From Bugula neritina (Eukaryota; Animalia; Bryozoa), in contig OZ037765.1 in assembly GCA_964035545.1 (NCBI GenBank), positions 28,705,504-28,769,503 on the forward strand: a stretch of 64,000 bases of DNA. The letters run 5' to 3'. How positions within the stretch are numbered: position 1 is the stretch's first letter; every line of letters starts with the position of its first letter. The position numbers and the translations under genes were made by a program. Below are positions 40,495-54,600 of the stretch, piece by piece. The notes under the pieces are model-generated. The model was not told the DNA's origin, searched no databases, and saw only the letters and a list, made by a program, of their open reading frames with translations.

Positions 40495-40641
40495 TAGAAG
40501 CAGCACCGAGTTTGGTGATCACTGATTGCATTGGTTTAGGGAGTGGTCTCAAGTTTGGAGTTGAGGGTTTAGGGTTCAGACAACAATGCGTAATCAAATT
40601 TTGCACTCACTCTTAGTCACACCAACTTAGTGCTGCCTCTA
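40495..40641. mobile_element. Short MITE-like element (TAGAAGCAGC family)
   Basis: tagaagcagcaccgagtttggtg ... caccaacttagtgctgcctcta inverted termini. Confidence 0.65.
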
Positions 40642-43600
40642 AAAATATTCAACATACTTGTACTCAGTGCTTATAGTTATATTCATAACTATATTGACTA
40701 GGAAAACTAGATATGGTCACTATGACTATCTAACAGTTACACTTATAGTCATAGTTCATAGTTAACATTTTATGCTGGCTTGATATTCATAGAGACAATA
40801 TCCAAAAAGGCAGTATTATACATATGTTTAATACTCGTTAAAGTTTAAAGTGAATGTGACTTAATTTGTTAGTATGACATCATTAATATAGTTAATATTT
40901 TCTAGAGACAGTGAAAATAAAAGCTGACATGTAGTAATGAACTAATTTTGTTGTAGTGACCATTACAAGTTACGCAGTAATGCTTGCACTTTAACTTATC
41001 CGTCACCTACAGTTAATCACTTCATTTTTTAACATAGAGCTGCAAGTAAATACTGCTCTACCTTCTCCTATTGCAGTGATTCAGTATTTCAATAATACAA
41101 CAATTAATGGTAGATCAGGACTATAATCAAATAACAATCAAATTCTAATGATTTTAATTTAGCTTTTTATCATAATTAATCTTCAGGCAGTACAGAGTTG
41201 CTCTGTGTAGGGTTTCAGATATTATCTATGCAATTGCAATTAATAATGGTGGCCGATAGCATTCTTATCAGCTAATGGCTATGTTCATTTTGATGATGAA
41301 GCACCACTAGTGGCAGCCGGCCTGTTTTCCTGCAAACAACTCCTTTGATATTTATATAACATTTAGGCAAGAGTTATAAAAATATAAAGCTATAGGCTTA
41401 TAAGCTGAACAAAATCTAAAATACATAGTTTATAAGATGCTATTACTTTAGCAATTGTTTTGTTTAAGTATATCTTTTGTTAAAATTATGTAATTTTATT
41501 ATTCCAACCAAGTAAAATAATTTATTATACAAGGTGCTAGATGCAACCCAGAAACTGTCAAGTCTGTAGAGAATAGTTATCATTATGTCAACAGAGCTGT
41601 TAAAAACTCCGGTAATTAGTCATAGACTGCTGAAATGGAATTATGCAATCTTGTTGATCAAAAAGACCTTTTAAGCAGATTTTCAATAATTATATATTAT
41701 ATTGTGCTCATTTATAAATGATATTAAAAACATAGGGGCTTGTAATTGTTCTTATTGAAAGAAATCATGTTCAATTTTTCTTACAAAAGTAACTATTCAT
41801 AAACTATGTCATTAGACTAATATGCCCCCTTTTAAAAATGTGATAAAATGTTATTTTAAAAATGGCTTCTAGTAAAATAGTTTTCATTTATATTTATTTT
41901 TATTACCAGTTTTCTCTCAAATTTGAAATAGGTATGTAGATAAATAAAACGTTATTTTGAAATTTTAATAGATTGCAGTTTAAAAAAGCTATTGAATTAA
42001 TTTTAGTGCAGTATTATTATATCTATCTGAACTTATGACCTGCTCACCTGTGTTGTATTAACAACTGGCAAGACAATTATGTGATTCAGAGTTGAATATT
42101 TGCCTGGGCTGTATTGGAATAATTGACAGGGACAGTATACTTTGACCATAGAATGTTGCTACGCCCAACAACTAGGCTTTTGTGAGATTTCATTCTTATA
42201 ATTATATTTCTACCACGCTGTTTTATATCTCAACGTATATCATGTTAACATCATCACGTCTCAGCTGTATCTTCTAAATGACTTCTAATCTTATCTAGTT
42301 ATGCAAGTTCTGCTATTATTTCCAGTTCGTCAGTAGATTTAGTTGTCTTTAAAAAAAATTTTTATATCTAAGCTAAAAAGTTGAAAAAAACATAATATGC
42401 TTATAATTGCAGCCAAAACTAAACTTTCTACGACTTTTTTTGCAGCATTTATTTTCAGATTTTCAATTTATTTAAATAATTATTGTTTGGTGTATAAGTT
42501 TAGCACACTTAGGACAACCACTAGTTCCTGATGTACAGAGGGCATATGTACCAAATTAATGAAAGTTTGATTTCTAAAAGGATGTTGAGTAGTGTGTTTT
42601 TAAAATTAGATTGTCTGTCGGCACCCATATCTGTTTATCACGGAGTATGGAATATTTTCGTTATTCGTCACCCTAACCGCCGTACTTTGATTATTGTAGT
42701 AATAGCTTCTAAATTTTTGACGATTGCTTCAACAAAAAGCTTGCTATTTTAAATTAACAAAAATGCAACTGCTATATAGAAAAAAGCTGATATATCTAGA
42801 TGTTGAATTTGAGCGTGCACAAGCTGCCATACAGATGTTATTCAAAACTTAGCGTCTGAAGATGCTGTCAATGTTTACTGTAGTCTTGTGCATTACATTT
42901 CCAACTGTAAAAGTTTGCTGCCAAGTTTAGAGCCATGAAAGGGTTCAACAAAGTGACGGACTTCTTTTTAGATTTTACTGCCAGCATTTAAACTTATAAA
43001 TAAAACACTTCTGCTTTTCTACTACCAGTATTCTGTAAATCTTTAGTTCTCTAAGCCAGGCTTTGTGATCTATCAAACTTCAGATGTTTAAATTGAGCTA
43101 AAATGAATCTCAATCTGTATAAGTTTTTTTTTATCTTATATGTTCAAGGGTTCAAAAGTATACAGATGTAGCAACAGGTGTGCTGTTTATATTATAGGCT
43201 AGTGAGATGTTAGGTGTCTAAAGCCACAGAAGTTGGTGTTATCTTAAAAGTGTTACCGACTGTTGGATAATTTCCCTAGACACCACACATCTCTTCTCTG
43301 GCTGCCAAGTCTAGAACATACAGAACAAACTCATGTATCAGACAAATTATAAGCTATTAAAAGGTAAATGGAACATCTGGATAATGATCAAGAACCATAA
43401 GTTGAAGTATAGAAGGATATAAATTTATCCGACATTAACTTTACTAGCTAATTGCACTTTCACTGAGCTAGATTTCACATAAAAGTTGTTCAAAGCCCTT
43501 GCTTGAGCAATAGTTACACATTAATGGTGGAGCTGTTTCAATGCATCATTTGTTTTGGCAGGACTCACCCATTTTGGTGCAGATTCAATGTCCCATAGAA

Positions 43601-46600
43601 CTGTCAGGGATGCTAGAATAAATTGTCTATACATCACAGCAATATTGAAAAGCTCCAATCACCGAAATTTATGCAGCATATCAAAGACATGGAAAGTTTA
43701 TTGAGTATTAGTGGTTGCAGCCCTGTAATTGATAGCTGGCTGGTTTGTCTCATTTTGATTAATATTGTCTGGATTGCAGCTGTGGCTGGCACTGGTGCAG
43801 CAGGATCTGTTGTTGCCAGGTGAGAAAAGTCTTCCAACATAATGGCTTCCCTTCCACTACACACAGATCTCTATGCTGTGGCAGTCATTCCTTTGACGCA
43901 ATCAGGCTGTATTGATACTCTATCAGGAGAAATTGAACTACTGCTTACCATAGCATTTACCTGGTAATTTTCTTTAAAAAATTTACTCAATCTTTTTTCC
44001 GATTTTTGTAAATGTTTTTTTCCGCAACTTTGTGTGCTCAGCCGTAAAAGCAGTAAAATCCAGTGTGGATCTGCTGCCAGCCAGGGCTTATTTTTTGCCA
44101 AAAATTATGAATTTATGGTTTTTGAAAATTTGAAAGTTCCATATTTTAATAGACGCTATCAATCATTTGTATCAATTTTAAAATCTGTCTCATTTTAATA
44201 TAATCTACATGCATAAATAGGTTTAAAAAATGTAAGGGAAGCTTTTTAAATCTAGCACAACCTTAACTGATAGATAGGCTATAGTTGAAAATATTTTTAT
44301 GACAAATTTCAGAGCAGTTTTATCTATCAATAATTGCCTGATACTATCAACTTTAGCATATCAGCTGCTACCTGTGGGATATAATTTGAAAAGGTATTAA
44401 ATTAGGTTTTTATTTTGTTATGTAATTTTTAGCAACAAAAATGCTTACTAGAAGCTTTTTATAAGTTTCAAGTCATTTTTAATTAAATTTTTAGTTAAAT
44501 GGGAAGCTTAGCCTTAATACTTTAGGGGTAATTCTAGGAAGGGCTAGGCTACAAGAGCATTCCTCCTGACTATAAAATTCAGACTAGTTGAATACACCAA
44601 GTCACTCAATGCAATAGATAACCTGTAATACCATAATATTTTAAAAACACATTCTGGTGCTGTTGCTATGCAATTGCTTATTAATTTTATGAAACGATTT
44701 AGGCTACAAAACAGCGCAACAACTAGCTACTCTCCTTTTGGGTTGTTTAAAAAAAATAGTAAGAATCCAGAATAAATAATATCTCCATGTTTTTATGTAT
44801 ATTTGTACTGTGTTTGCCCAGAGCTGTTTCATGTATCTTCAATAAAGTTGATAGGTTTTAGATTGTAGAGTAACATGAGAAATCAGGCAGTGTACCAGTT
44901 AATAACCCTTTGTGTCATCTATGATGATCATATTTCAGTTGTTTTTCCCTTCTTTCAGTCTGGACTGTTGATCACAAATCGGTATTGAATACAGTTTTAA
45001 ATTATTTTTCATTTTTCAGCTGCTAGTCTAAAATGCTTTATAAAACTCTAAATGGTATCAAATAAATATAACATAGTTCAAGCAGGAGTGTGGATAATTT
45101 TAAAGCACTATTAGTTTTACATATTAACCTCGTGTGCATTTTTTATGTTATATCCTGCCATCTTTGTTTTGAAAATTAATGCTAAAATTGTCTTCATAGG
45201 TTCCAGAATGGTTTTGTGACCTGAAACATCAAAGGTCAGCTGCTTTCAAAAGACATTTCTTTGCTGGTACCACTACCTGATTGTAGCTCTGGTTATTTGC
45301 TGTTGAAATTCATGTTGAACATTTGAACATCTAAAATTGGGACATCTGAACTTGGGTAGGTTTTGTATCCCACACCTGCATTAACTGTTGTGAATGTTTG
45401 TTTTTTAAACCTGTCAATAGTTTTTTGGAAAATATTTTTTATCATAATTGCTCATAAACTAATGACCCTTGATTTTCGTAAACAGAGGGTGGAGAGTGTC
45501 CATCATACCGCAACTTGTCAAACATCTGGTGATGTGATGGACTGTTGTGACCAGGCTGTCTGCCAGCAACCAACCAACTCTTGTCATTTCATACTCAAAG
45601 TAGTCGTAAGATCTGTTTCTCAGAACACGCATATGAAATATATTAATAACCATTAACTTCTCTCTTTTCCTTAGGTGGCAAATACACGCAAATAGATACA
45701 AAATGACATAAACATAGCTGCTGTAGGATGGGCATGTAGTTGATTAAATCATGACTTTTTTGTCTAGATGATTCAACAGCCTAATACTGCATCTAGATTC
45801 TATATTGCCTAATGCTGCATTGGTTTTAGTTTGTTGACTGTTTGTGAGAGAGGGGGCGGCACAATCCAGACTTACCACTCATGCTTGCTGTGATGTTAAG
45901 TCAACTAAGTGGCTGATGATGCATCCAGCCTGGTGTGGGAGAAAATGGAGGTTTTGAAGGGATGGAGATAGTAGATTAATTACTGCACCTTCAGCAAACC
46001 CTGCTCAACCGCTTCTTTGGTCAAATAGAATTCAAGTAAGTTCAATCTAGTTTTTTCTACTTTCTACTGTTTCTGTTGAATTATTAATTACAATTTGAAT
46101 GTAAAACTAAATCAAGCTCTAAATTTTAATTAGAATATACATCCATGTATTTTTAATAAACATTTGGTAACCAAATATTTTTACAAAAATTTCCAATTAG
46201 TTTAGATGATAACTATACAAAGCATTTCTTCTCTTCTATACTGACATCATGAAATCAACTGTCTAGCCTGCGTTCTCATGGTTATTCAAAATCTTGATTG
46301 CTCTTCTTTACACTTGCAAGGACAGCCCCCATGCAGAAGATAAAGTTTGGGCGTGTGGGAACAATCAATCTATACCTCTAGCAGACTAATTCAAGAGTGA
46401 ACTATAAACTACCAGGTCAAAGGTATGGTGTCATTTTATTTGTCAAACAAAATGTAGAAACAGAGTTTCTTAAATATAAAAATTCTTTTGGAATTGTGAT
46501 GACGTTTTTTAATATTGTTGCAGTTTATACCAATTGACCAATTAAAAAGTTAAATTATGTTAAAATTATGTTATGACAAGTATGTCTTGGTCTCATAGTC

Positions 46601-47600
46601 TGTTGGTCTACTGTATAACTCGGTTGTTATTGTTATGGAGATAGATGGTGGTGTGACTAGTGCATCCAGTGTGATCCAATACTGACACTCTGTCCACAGT
46701 GTTGTCTCTGTTTGTCATTATAAATTTCGTAACTTCTTTCTTTAAGTAGACTGCACTTGGCTTTTCAGAAACTTGAACGGAATTTAGTTTTGACCTCGCT
46801 GACCGATCATCTGAGAAAATAGTTACCAAATTGTTGGCAAAAATAGGCTGCGTGCCAGATATGCTCTCTAAATAGTCGGTATTGGCTCTCAGCTAAATCC
46901 CGGATGTCCTAGCTTTTTTTATATTTTACAAAAATGTTCAGTCCTAAAAAAGACAAGATATGGGCTTTTAAAAGCTGCTGATAAGTCTAGTGGACTTCTG
47001 AGGTTTGGCCAAGTGCACTACTTCATAAATTACAGAGCAGCTACTTTTTAAGTTATCAGATTATAATTATTCAAGTTCTTCATGAAACATTGCGATCATT
47101 TTTTCTCATACAATGATGAAAGTTTCATTAAAATACAATTACACAAGTTGCTATTTTTAAAAATTACAAAATAGCAATGCAAATAAGTTTTATTATAAAA
47201 GTATGGCAAAATCGTTGAAATTAAACTTGAGAAAAAGATATATACAGTTGAATAACTACCCAGTAATGATCAAATTATTTACCATCAATAAATGTCAAAT
47301 TTATGTTTGATCACAAAACAGTAAAATAATTGTACCACAGAGAAATATTATAAATAATGCAGCTGAGTCCTCAAAAATTACATGATGTTTCTCAAAACAA
47401 AGATAGCAAAATATGATCAGTATCTTGATCAACAATGAATAAAACTGTAGTACTAAAACATAGCTACAAGGAGTGAATGAATAATTCAGTCTGCTCATTT
47501 GGAAGCTGAGAAATTAAAGATGATATCAGTGAATAGTGACAGTAAAATAATAAAACATACTTAGATTGAGATAAACACTGATTGTCTCCTGTTCAAACAT

Positions 47601-47680
47601 TGATGACCTTCACTCTGATGACCTTCACTCTGATGACCTTCATTCTGATGACCTTCACTCTGATGACCTTCATTCTGATG
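47601..47680. repeat. 15-bp tandem repeat TGATGACCTTCA(C/T)TC x5
   Basis: Directly visible. Confidence 0.93.
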
Positions 47681-50600
47681 GCATTTCATTGTTTTGTATG
47701 TCAGTCAACATATTGGGTTTTATCAAATAATTGGTGATGATGTTGAGTCACAAAATACCTTGCGTGGCCTTTTTTATACCTTTGCCTCTAGTCATGTATT
47801 ATTATCTTTTCAGTTAAGTTATCTGAAACTTTTGCCATTATTTGTTTCAGTTTTACATGAATATCAATAAAAGGTAGCATAACTGGAAAGGTGGAATTTT
47901 ATAAGCTTTGATTGCTCATATTAACTCTTTGTATAGCAGCTCTATTGTATAGAGTCATGGAATCATCAAAATGTCATCTTAAATCTTCTTCATTATCTAG
48001 TATATTATTTACATAATGTGTGCAGCTGTGGCTAACACATCATCAAATAATTACAGTTGTTTAACAGATTTTTTAGATTGTTGAGATTTTACAGAACTTT
48101 GATTCTGGCTGATATCATGTTAATGTCGTTAGTTTGTAAAACTGCACATATTTTATCCAAAAAGTGCAGCTGTCGAGTTATTTTAAAAATTTAATATATA
48201 CACTTGAAATTTAATTTATAATTTTGGAAAGTTACATAAATATAATCTTTGGTTTTTAATAAAAAAATTTCCAAGTTTCAAAATGACTGTGAAAACTCTA
48301 CGAGGTTCACTTATGCCTATTTTTTTTCTAAATCTGTTGCCAGCAGAAAAAAATCATGTTTGCCGGATGAGTACCTTAATGCTTACTGACAATACATTGA
48401 TGTGTACTAGTAGGCTATAAAAGCATATTCACAATGAGTTAGAGTAACTGATCATGCAGCTTTTAAATATTGTATGGTTGCTTTACAAGTCTGTTTGGTA
48501 ATGTGAAAGTTATAAGTGCCACATCTCTATCATTGGGAACTGATGGTTTGTGTATTTTATTTCAGACAAGCTACTGCTTTATAAATACCAAACAAGCTAA
48601 TCAGAGCAAACTGACCCAGCCTCTCTGCAATGTGTGTTTATTAATTTAGCAGCTGCAGACAGCTTGAGTGGGAGTACCTCGTATCCTGATACTGTGCATG
48701 ATGATTGTCTAGACTACATTCTTGCCAGTTTTATTATTGTGCATATAAAAATACAATGCAGATGGTGGCATTAGCATTGACTCATGTTCCCAGTGTTTGA
48801 AGTAGGCTTTTTGCATTGTTTCATGTTGACTAGGCTCCTCATCATCTCATATCTAAAAATTATTGGTAGGATAAAATTACTGTTATTGTTCTGTAAGCTA
48901 CTCATTTAACTTCAAGCTTTAAAAACGCCAACAAATTGAGAGATTTTGATGATACAACATTAATTTATGGATTTTAATTTATTTATTTCGTAATGAAGAA
49001 TATTAAGTATAATATGTATCTTGTAAATTTTAAAACAAGGTTGCAGCGTTTATAGACCACCTCATGTATTTTCAAGTTTTTGTGATTTTTTTTGTTCATA
49101 TTTAAATGATTTTTTAAAACCAAAATACGATAACTTTGAGAAGGGTTTGTGGTTAGGATGCTTGCAAAAATAATAAATCGTGTAAGCTTGTTCTAGTACT
49201 GTAAGAATTTGCTTCCTTTTTCAATTGCATTATGTTATTTCTACAACGAAATAATTCTTCAACATTGAGTAAGTGGCTTAATATCCTTATTTATCAAAAC
49301 TGAGGGGTACCGGAAGAATGTAACTGCACAGTTGGTTACTACTTCACTTTTGGGGAGTTCTTAATGCTTTTGTGAGAGCTTTGTTTGGCTAATTACTTCA
49401 AGAGTTACCAGGTGTGTTCCATCGCACAGCTTTCTTCACAACTTTTATAATAGACCTCTTCTAAATGGTGTGTTTATTCATTCATAATAACACCAGTTGT
49501 GGGTCACCTGTTTCGATGATGGCCTGACCAATTTAGAATAATCTACAAAATTACGATAATATTGGTGAAATATTCCAAGCGGGTTATTACTTATTGTCTT
49601 CTCTCTGTACTGGTTGTAATGGAAACTTCTATTAGAGATGAAGTCATGTGTTCAGTTTTTGATGCTTTCATGCCACACCGAGACCAAGCAAAAGTTTTAG
49701 AAAATGCTTGAAACATACTAGCTTTTAGAGGGGTGGTATAGCCAGCCAACCTACTTTTGTCCAATCAATAGAATTTGTTAATTTAATTACTACAAGACAC
49801 TTAGCAGTGTAGTTGGCCAAAGTCTTTCTTTGTTTAGATTCTGTCAACTTAAACTGAGTTATTTATGGTCTCATTTTAAAATAACCAGCCATAAACACAG
49901 CCATGTTGCCATTTAGAGTTAAATTTACCGTTCTTATCCTGTAGATTATTATTTTCTGCAAGACTGGTGTTGGGGTAGCTGAAAGCCACACGACTACTTT
50001 ATTAATAGTAGTAGTTCACTTTGCTGGCACCGTGTCAACTTTAATACCAGTTTTTTTTATTGCTGACCCCCTCCCTCTTTCCAATAAAAAACTGATGAAT
50101 AAATCAATATATCTGTTAAAATAATGCATATTAAAGATGACAATGCTTTCATATCAACCTACGCATTATGTACCTTAGGAAGATTTTCCTGTACTGGCTG
50201 GCTATTACTTACTACTTTTGCTTCAAGCAGTGGAAACATTAGTACTTGTTTATAAACTCGGTTTTCTACAAATACAATGAATACACAGTGTAATAAAGGT
50301 GCTACAGTATCTCCCAACTTCCATTATTGTTATTGAAGTACAACTAGACATTTTTGGTTTCACCTCACATGGCCTTTACTAAGAGCTACTTGTTGTTTTG
50401 TCATTTCATTTCCTAGTATGTTTGAGCTAATCTGTTTGTTTGTGGCTGGGCCTGTCTAGACTGTTTAATCAGCAGCTTTATAGTTCCAGTTTATTGAATT
50501 GTATGACTGAGTAGTAGCTAAATGAAAGGTTAGTACTAGTTGGTACTAGTTGGTATTAGTAGCACTCAGTACTACGGTCTAGTTACGCTGAGGCAGTAGA

Positions 50601-50949
50601 AGCTGGCAGATTGAGTAAAAAAAAATCAACTATTAACTGCTAAGTATGGAGATTTTTAGGATACTTAAGTACTAGTGAAGTATTATAGAGCCTTTAACTA
50701 ACTCTTGCTGCTGCCATTCTCCTCTTCCCCTTAGTAATAACTTCTGGCAGCAATGGTAGACTTTCTCGGCATTATAAATTTGGTGTAAATAAGTTTTTAC
50801 TAGCAAGCCATAATTTTATTTATAAAGTTTCATCATTATACTTAGCCTTATGAGTGCAAAGTTATCAGACAAGGTGCTTTTCTTCAAATTTTAGAACTTA
50901 GCTGCCTTATGCTACTAGCTAGCATATGCAGTAGCTCAGTCTATCTTTG

Positions 50950-51354
50950 GTCACGTGTGTAGTACACATTGCGATGTAAGCCAGCCAGGTTCAAATTCAT
51001 GATACTTTTATATACCTTTTAACATAATTGAAAGATATACTTGATGTATCAAAAGGCTTTTGGATTTCTACAGATTTACTGCCCCCAGAGTTTATCATTC
51101 TCACGGGCTGTTTGGGAGAATCTGTACGCTAGGCACACGATTGTATTTTATTGCGGTAATTGACATTTAACTAAGTGGCTAGCGGATAATAAAAACCGAC
51201 CGAGGCACACTGGTATACATACGGGTGTCAGTGCTAACATTTTTTACTGTCTAGGCGAATTCAAACAATAATGAACAATAATAGACTCAGACATGCTAAT
51301 CACTCGTCTGTGCAAATTCCTTCCACGTGATTGGCTTAGCTTGATGTCACGTGA
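50950..51354 (+). promoter_or_regulatory. CpG-enriched promoter with three CACGTG E-boxes (CLEAR/USF-like) and an inverted CCAAT
   Basis: GTCACGTG 50950-50957, CCACGTGATTGG 51323-51334, GTCACGTGA 51346-51354; about 260-670 bp upstream of ATG 51617. Confidence 0.55.
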
Positions 51355-51616
51355 TGATAATGTAGATCGTAGACAGGCAAGTTGTGTAAGTTAATCCATT
51401 ACATAGTTACACAGATCGGGGGCAGATTGTGCATCGACTGAGTGCCGCAATTGTACGCTAAACCTCGCTCTGTCGTGTAGGGGCCAGCACCTTGCGCTGT
51501 AAAACTGGGTGATGCTGGATAACAATCGTCTAGTAAATTCTGTAATGTGTAGTATTAGAAGTATTTTCCGCAATAGAACCAGCAACTACCAACACCGGAG
51601 TAGTAACTCCAGCTGT

Positions 51617-54600
51617 ATGGGACAAAGTGAAAGTCGGGCATCAGCGACCACTGGTAGGAATACTAAGTCTAAGTCAGAAACGGGAGGTGAAAGGTTTCAC
51701 AAGTCACCAGCTAAAAAGGTAGGCTGACAGATGAGTAAGCAACTACAAAGTCGAATAACCTCGACTACCGTATTAATAATAATGAGAAAACTATAATCAT
51801 GTTCTTGCTCTAATTTTCACTACGAGTGGATAGTGATTGACCTAGACCTGACTAAGACTTACCTAGAGTTAGTCGTTTCAATTTATAAATATTTGTAGTT
51901 GTACTTATAGGCCTGGCATGTTGAGTTTGGTATATGACAATGTCTAACTCTATGTGGTAGCATCTAGACTTCTAACTGTATCAGTATAACTATACTGATA
52001 CAGTGTGAGTGTACAACTGCTGCTGCCGCTGATACCAGTAGACATAACATTTACAACATTTAAAATCTAAAACAACCCATATGTTTAAACCCATTCCGAG
52101 TTGCATGTTGAGAATAACGTATTAGTACGAGAGTATAGCCAAAAAAATATGTTTCGTGGTACTTAGTCTAAGCTGAATCACTAAAGTCGGAACAGTCTGA
52201 TGTCAGGTGGACCTTATAAAATAGACCCAGAAAGCTCATACTTTCAGCAGTTGTGTGTTTTATCAAAATTATAAGTAAGGAATAAAATGATCTATTCATA
52301 TCGCGTGCTGTGTGGAGGTTATTGATGTCACAAATTGGATAGGTTTTCCAACTTTTGATAGAGCAAAACATTAACTCATTTCTTCTGGTCATTATAATTT
52401 AGTATACTTTATTTGATTTACTGATTACTTTTTAGTTGTCAATTGACTTCAAAGTCTTGTCTGTTTTTTTATACGTATGCAGGCTCAGTAGATCATAGCA
52501 TTCAACTGTAATCTAACAAAGTATCTTTACACGAATTTTTAAAACCACCTTGACCTTTGACACCTTTCGAATCTTGCAGACTAACTAACTCTGTTCTTAA
52601 CAAATCTTTTACCAATAGTGCTAATGATTTCAACAAGTAATTTGAAAAAAATTATTTAATTTTTACCAGCATGTTGTTTATGATGAGCAAAGGTTTTTTA
52701 TTTGAAGTTGCAACATTTTAATTTCACTCTACGTCTGCCTATAATCTTAGTTATTGAGATAAGTGGGCTAATCTCCATATGGCTGTAGTCTGCTAGTATA
52801 AACAGTATAATGCAGAAAAGCCATACTTCTCTTTAGCTTTTTCAGCGTGTAGGGGGGAATGTAAAACAGAAAAGTTTGAAATTTTGCAGCCTACCTCTTA
52901 TGGCAGACTAAATAAGGGTGTCACACCTCTTATGAGACGCTGAATAAGGGCTCCGTGTTTTGCTGTAAAAAATTCTAGGCTGATTTTCACCACTCAATGC
53001 TTATTATAGTTATAATATTTTTTTGTAAATACTTTAACAACTTTTTGCCTGATTTGTTATTGGTGGTGTTACGCAACCCCAGACTGACTGCATCGTGTTA
53101 AGTATCTGTTGCCTCAACTGGAGACATAACATCTTTGTTATTTTGTGGTTTTTTGTCTTCTCAAAAGTGGTTTGGTGGTTAATAGTGCTCTGGGCAAAGT
53201 TAGCTGTTTGGTCTATGTTTTCTCCTAACAAGGATCAGGCTATGTTTTATAATTAGAAATTAGACACAACTATTTTAGTTTTTGCTAGTATAAACCGGTC
53301 AGTCGTTAGTGAGTTTGACTGCAAATTAAAATCGTAATTCATTAGTAATTAGAGCATAAATTCTAAGTGTAATAATACAAATAGAAATCTATTAAAGAAA
53401 AGACTAAATCTATTTTTCAATCTTCACCCTTCCCCCATTTTTTCCTTAAACACAAATCATCATCATCATTATTATTATATTTTGCCTCATGATGTGTGCA
53501 CTTGCCAGACAAATTAAAAGAAGTGGTTGCAAACTGTTTCAAGTAATTCTGAGCTTCATATTTACATGGTTGAACCAACAAAATAAAATCTAAATTACTG
53601 AAACTATTATAATCCTCGGGCTAGTATCATCAAAAGTCCACAGGCTAATATAAGTCATCCGGGCAATTGAGTTTGAACTGCCACAGCCAGTGGCAACTAG
53701 CAATGCTGCTTGCTCTACTCTCAATGAAAGAAAGTATGTTAGTTAACTGTTCAAGGGCCTCTTAGAACTACACAGTCCAGTATTTGGACCAGGTGATGGA
53801 ATGCACTACTTGAGGTTGGTTTAAGATTTGACTTTGTACACAAAATATAGACTACAATAGCTATTCCAGGTGACCTCAGCTGACAAGCTTATATCAAGGT
53901 ACCTCTTTGGACCACGCCCACTTTAATGAAGTACTGCAGCATTTCATGGTCCAAGTAATAGCTTTGTGGTTGTCACTAATAATCAGAGGGCATGGAGGTT
54001 GTCTGAAGGTCAGCAGACGTGAAGTGTTGCTGGACATGATTGTTTTTAGCTTCAAATAATGTCTAAATAATCGGCAGTATTTATAGTCCAATCAAGTTGA
54101 AGATGCCAACTTAATGGAGCATAAATTCAAATCACTGTGAAATATGCTCTGTGCTGAAAGCTGACCTAATCAATCCTCCCCTTTGTAGTCTTACAAGGAC
54201 TAACATTTTTCTTCTACTTTGTTTGGCCCCAACTCTGAAGGGCATTTTTTTTAGTCTGGTCAGTAAACTTCACTCAGGTGATTGCCATCTTTCCCTGCTT
54301 GTCTACTAACAGTTAATGGTCATCCCACTCCTATTAATCAACTTCTCCATCATTTTTAAATCCTGTTGCAAAAAGTAGATTATTCTCACTAATCCATCTG
54401 CAGTGAGTGTAGTTAGTCTCACAGATGTGTATGTGATGGCAATATTGGAGTCAGAGGCTTGTTTAGGTCTGACCACAATGCAGCCTACTGTACACTGCAA
54501 GTTCACTTTTTTGTCATCTAAATCTTTTTTGTTAGTTGGCAGTGACTGCATGCTTGCTTTGAAGCTGCAAATACTGACAAAATATTGCGAGACTTTTGAC

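Noticed and set aside
49300-49720. Possible DDE transposase fragment (VFDAFMPH)
   Set aside because: A single short motif with no supporting frame or termini.
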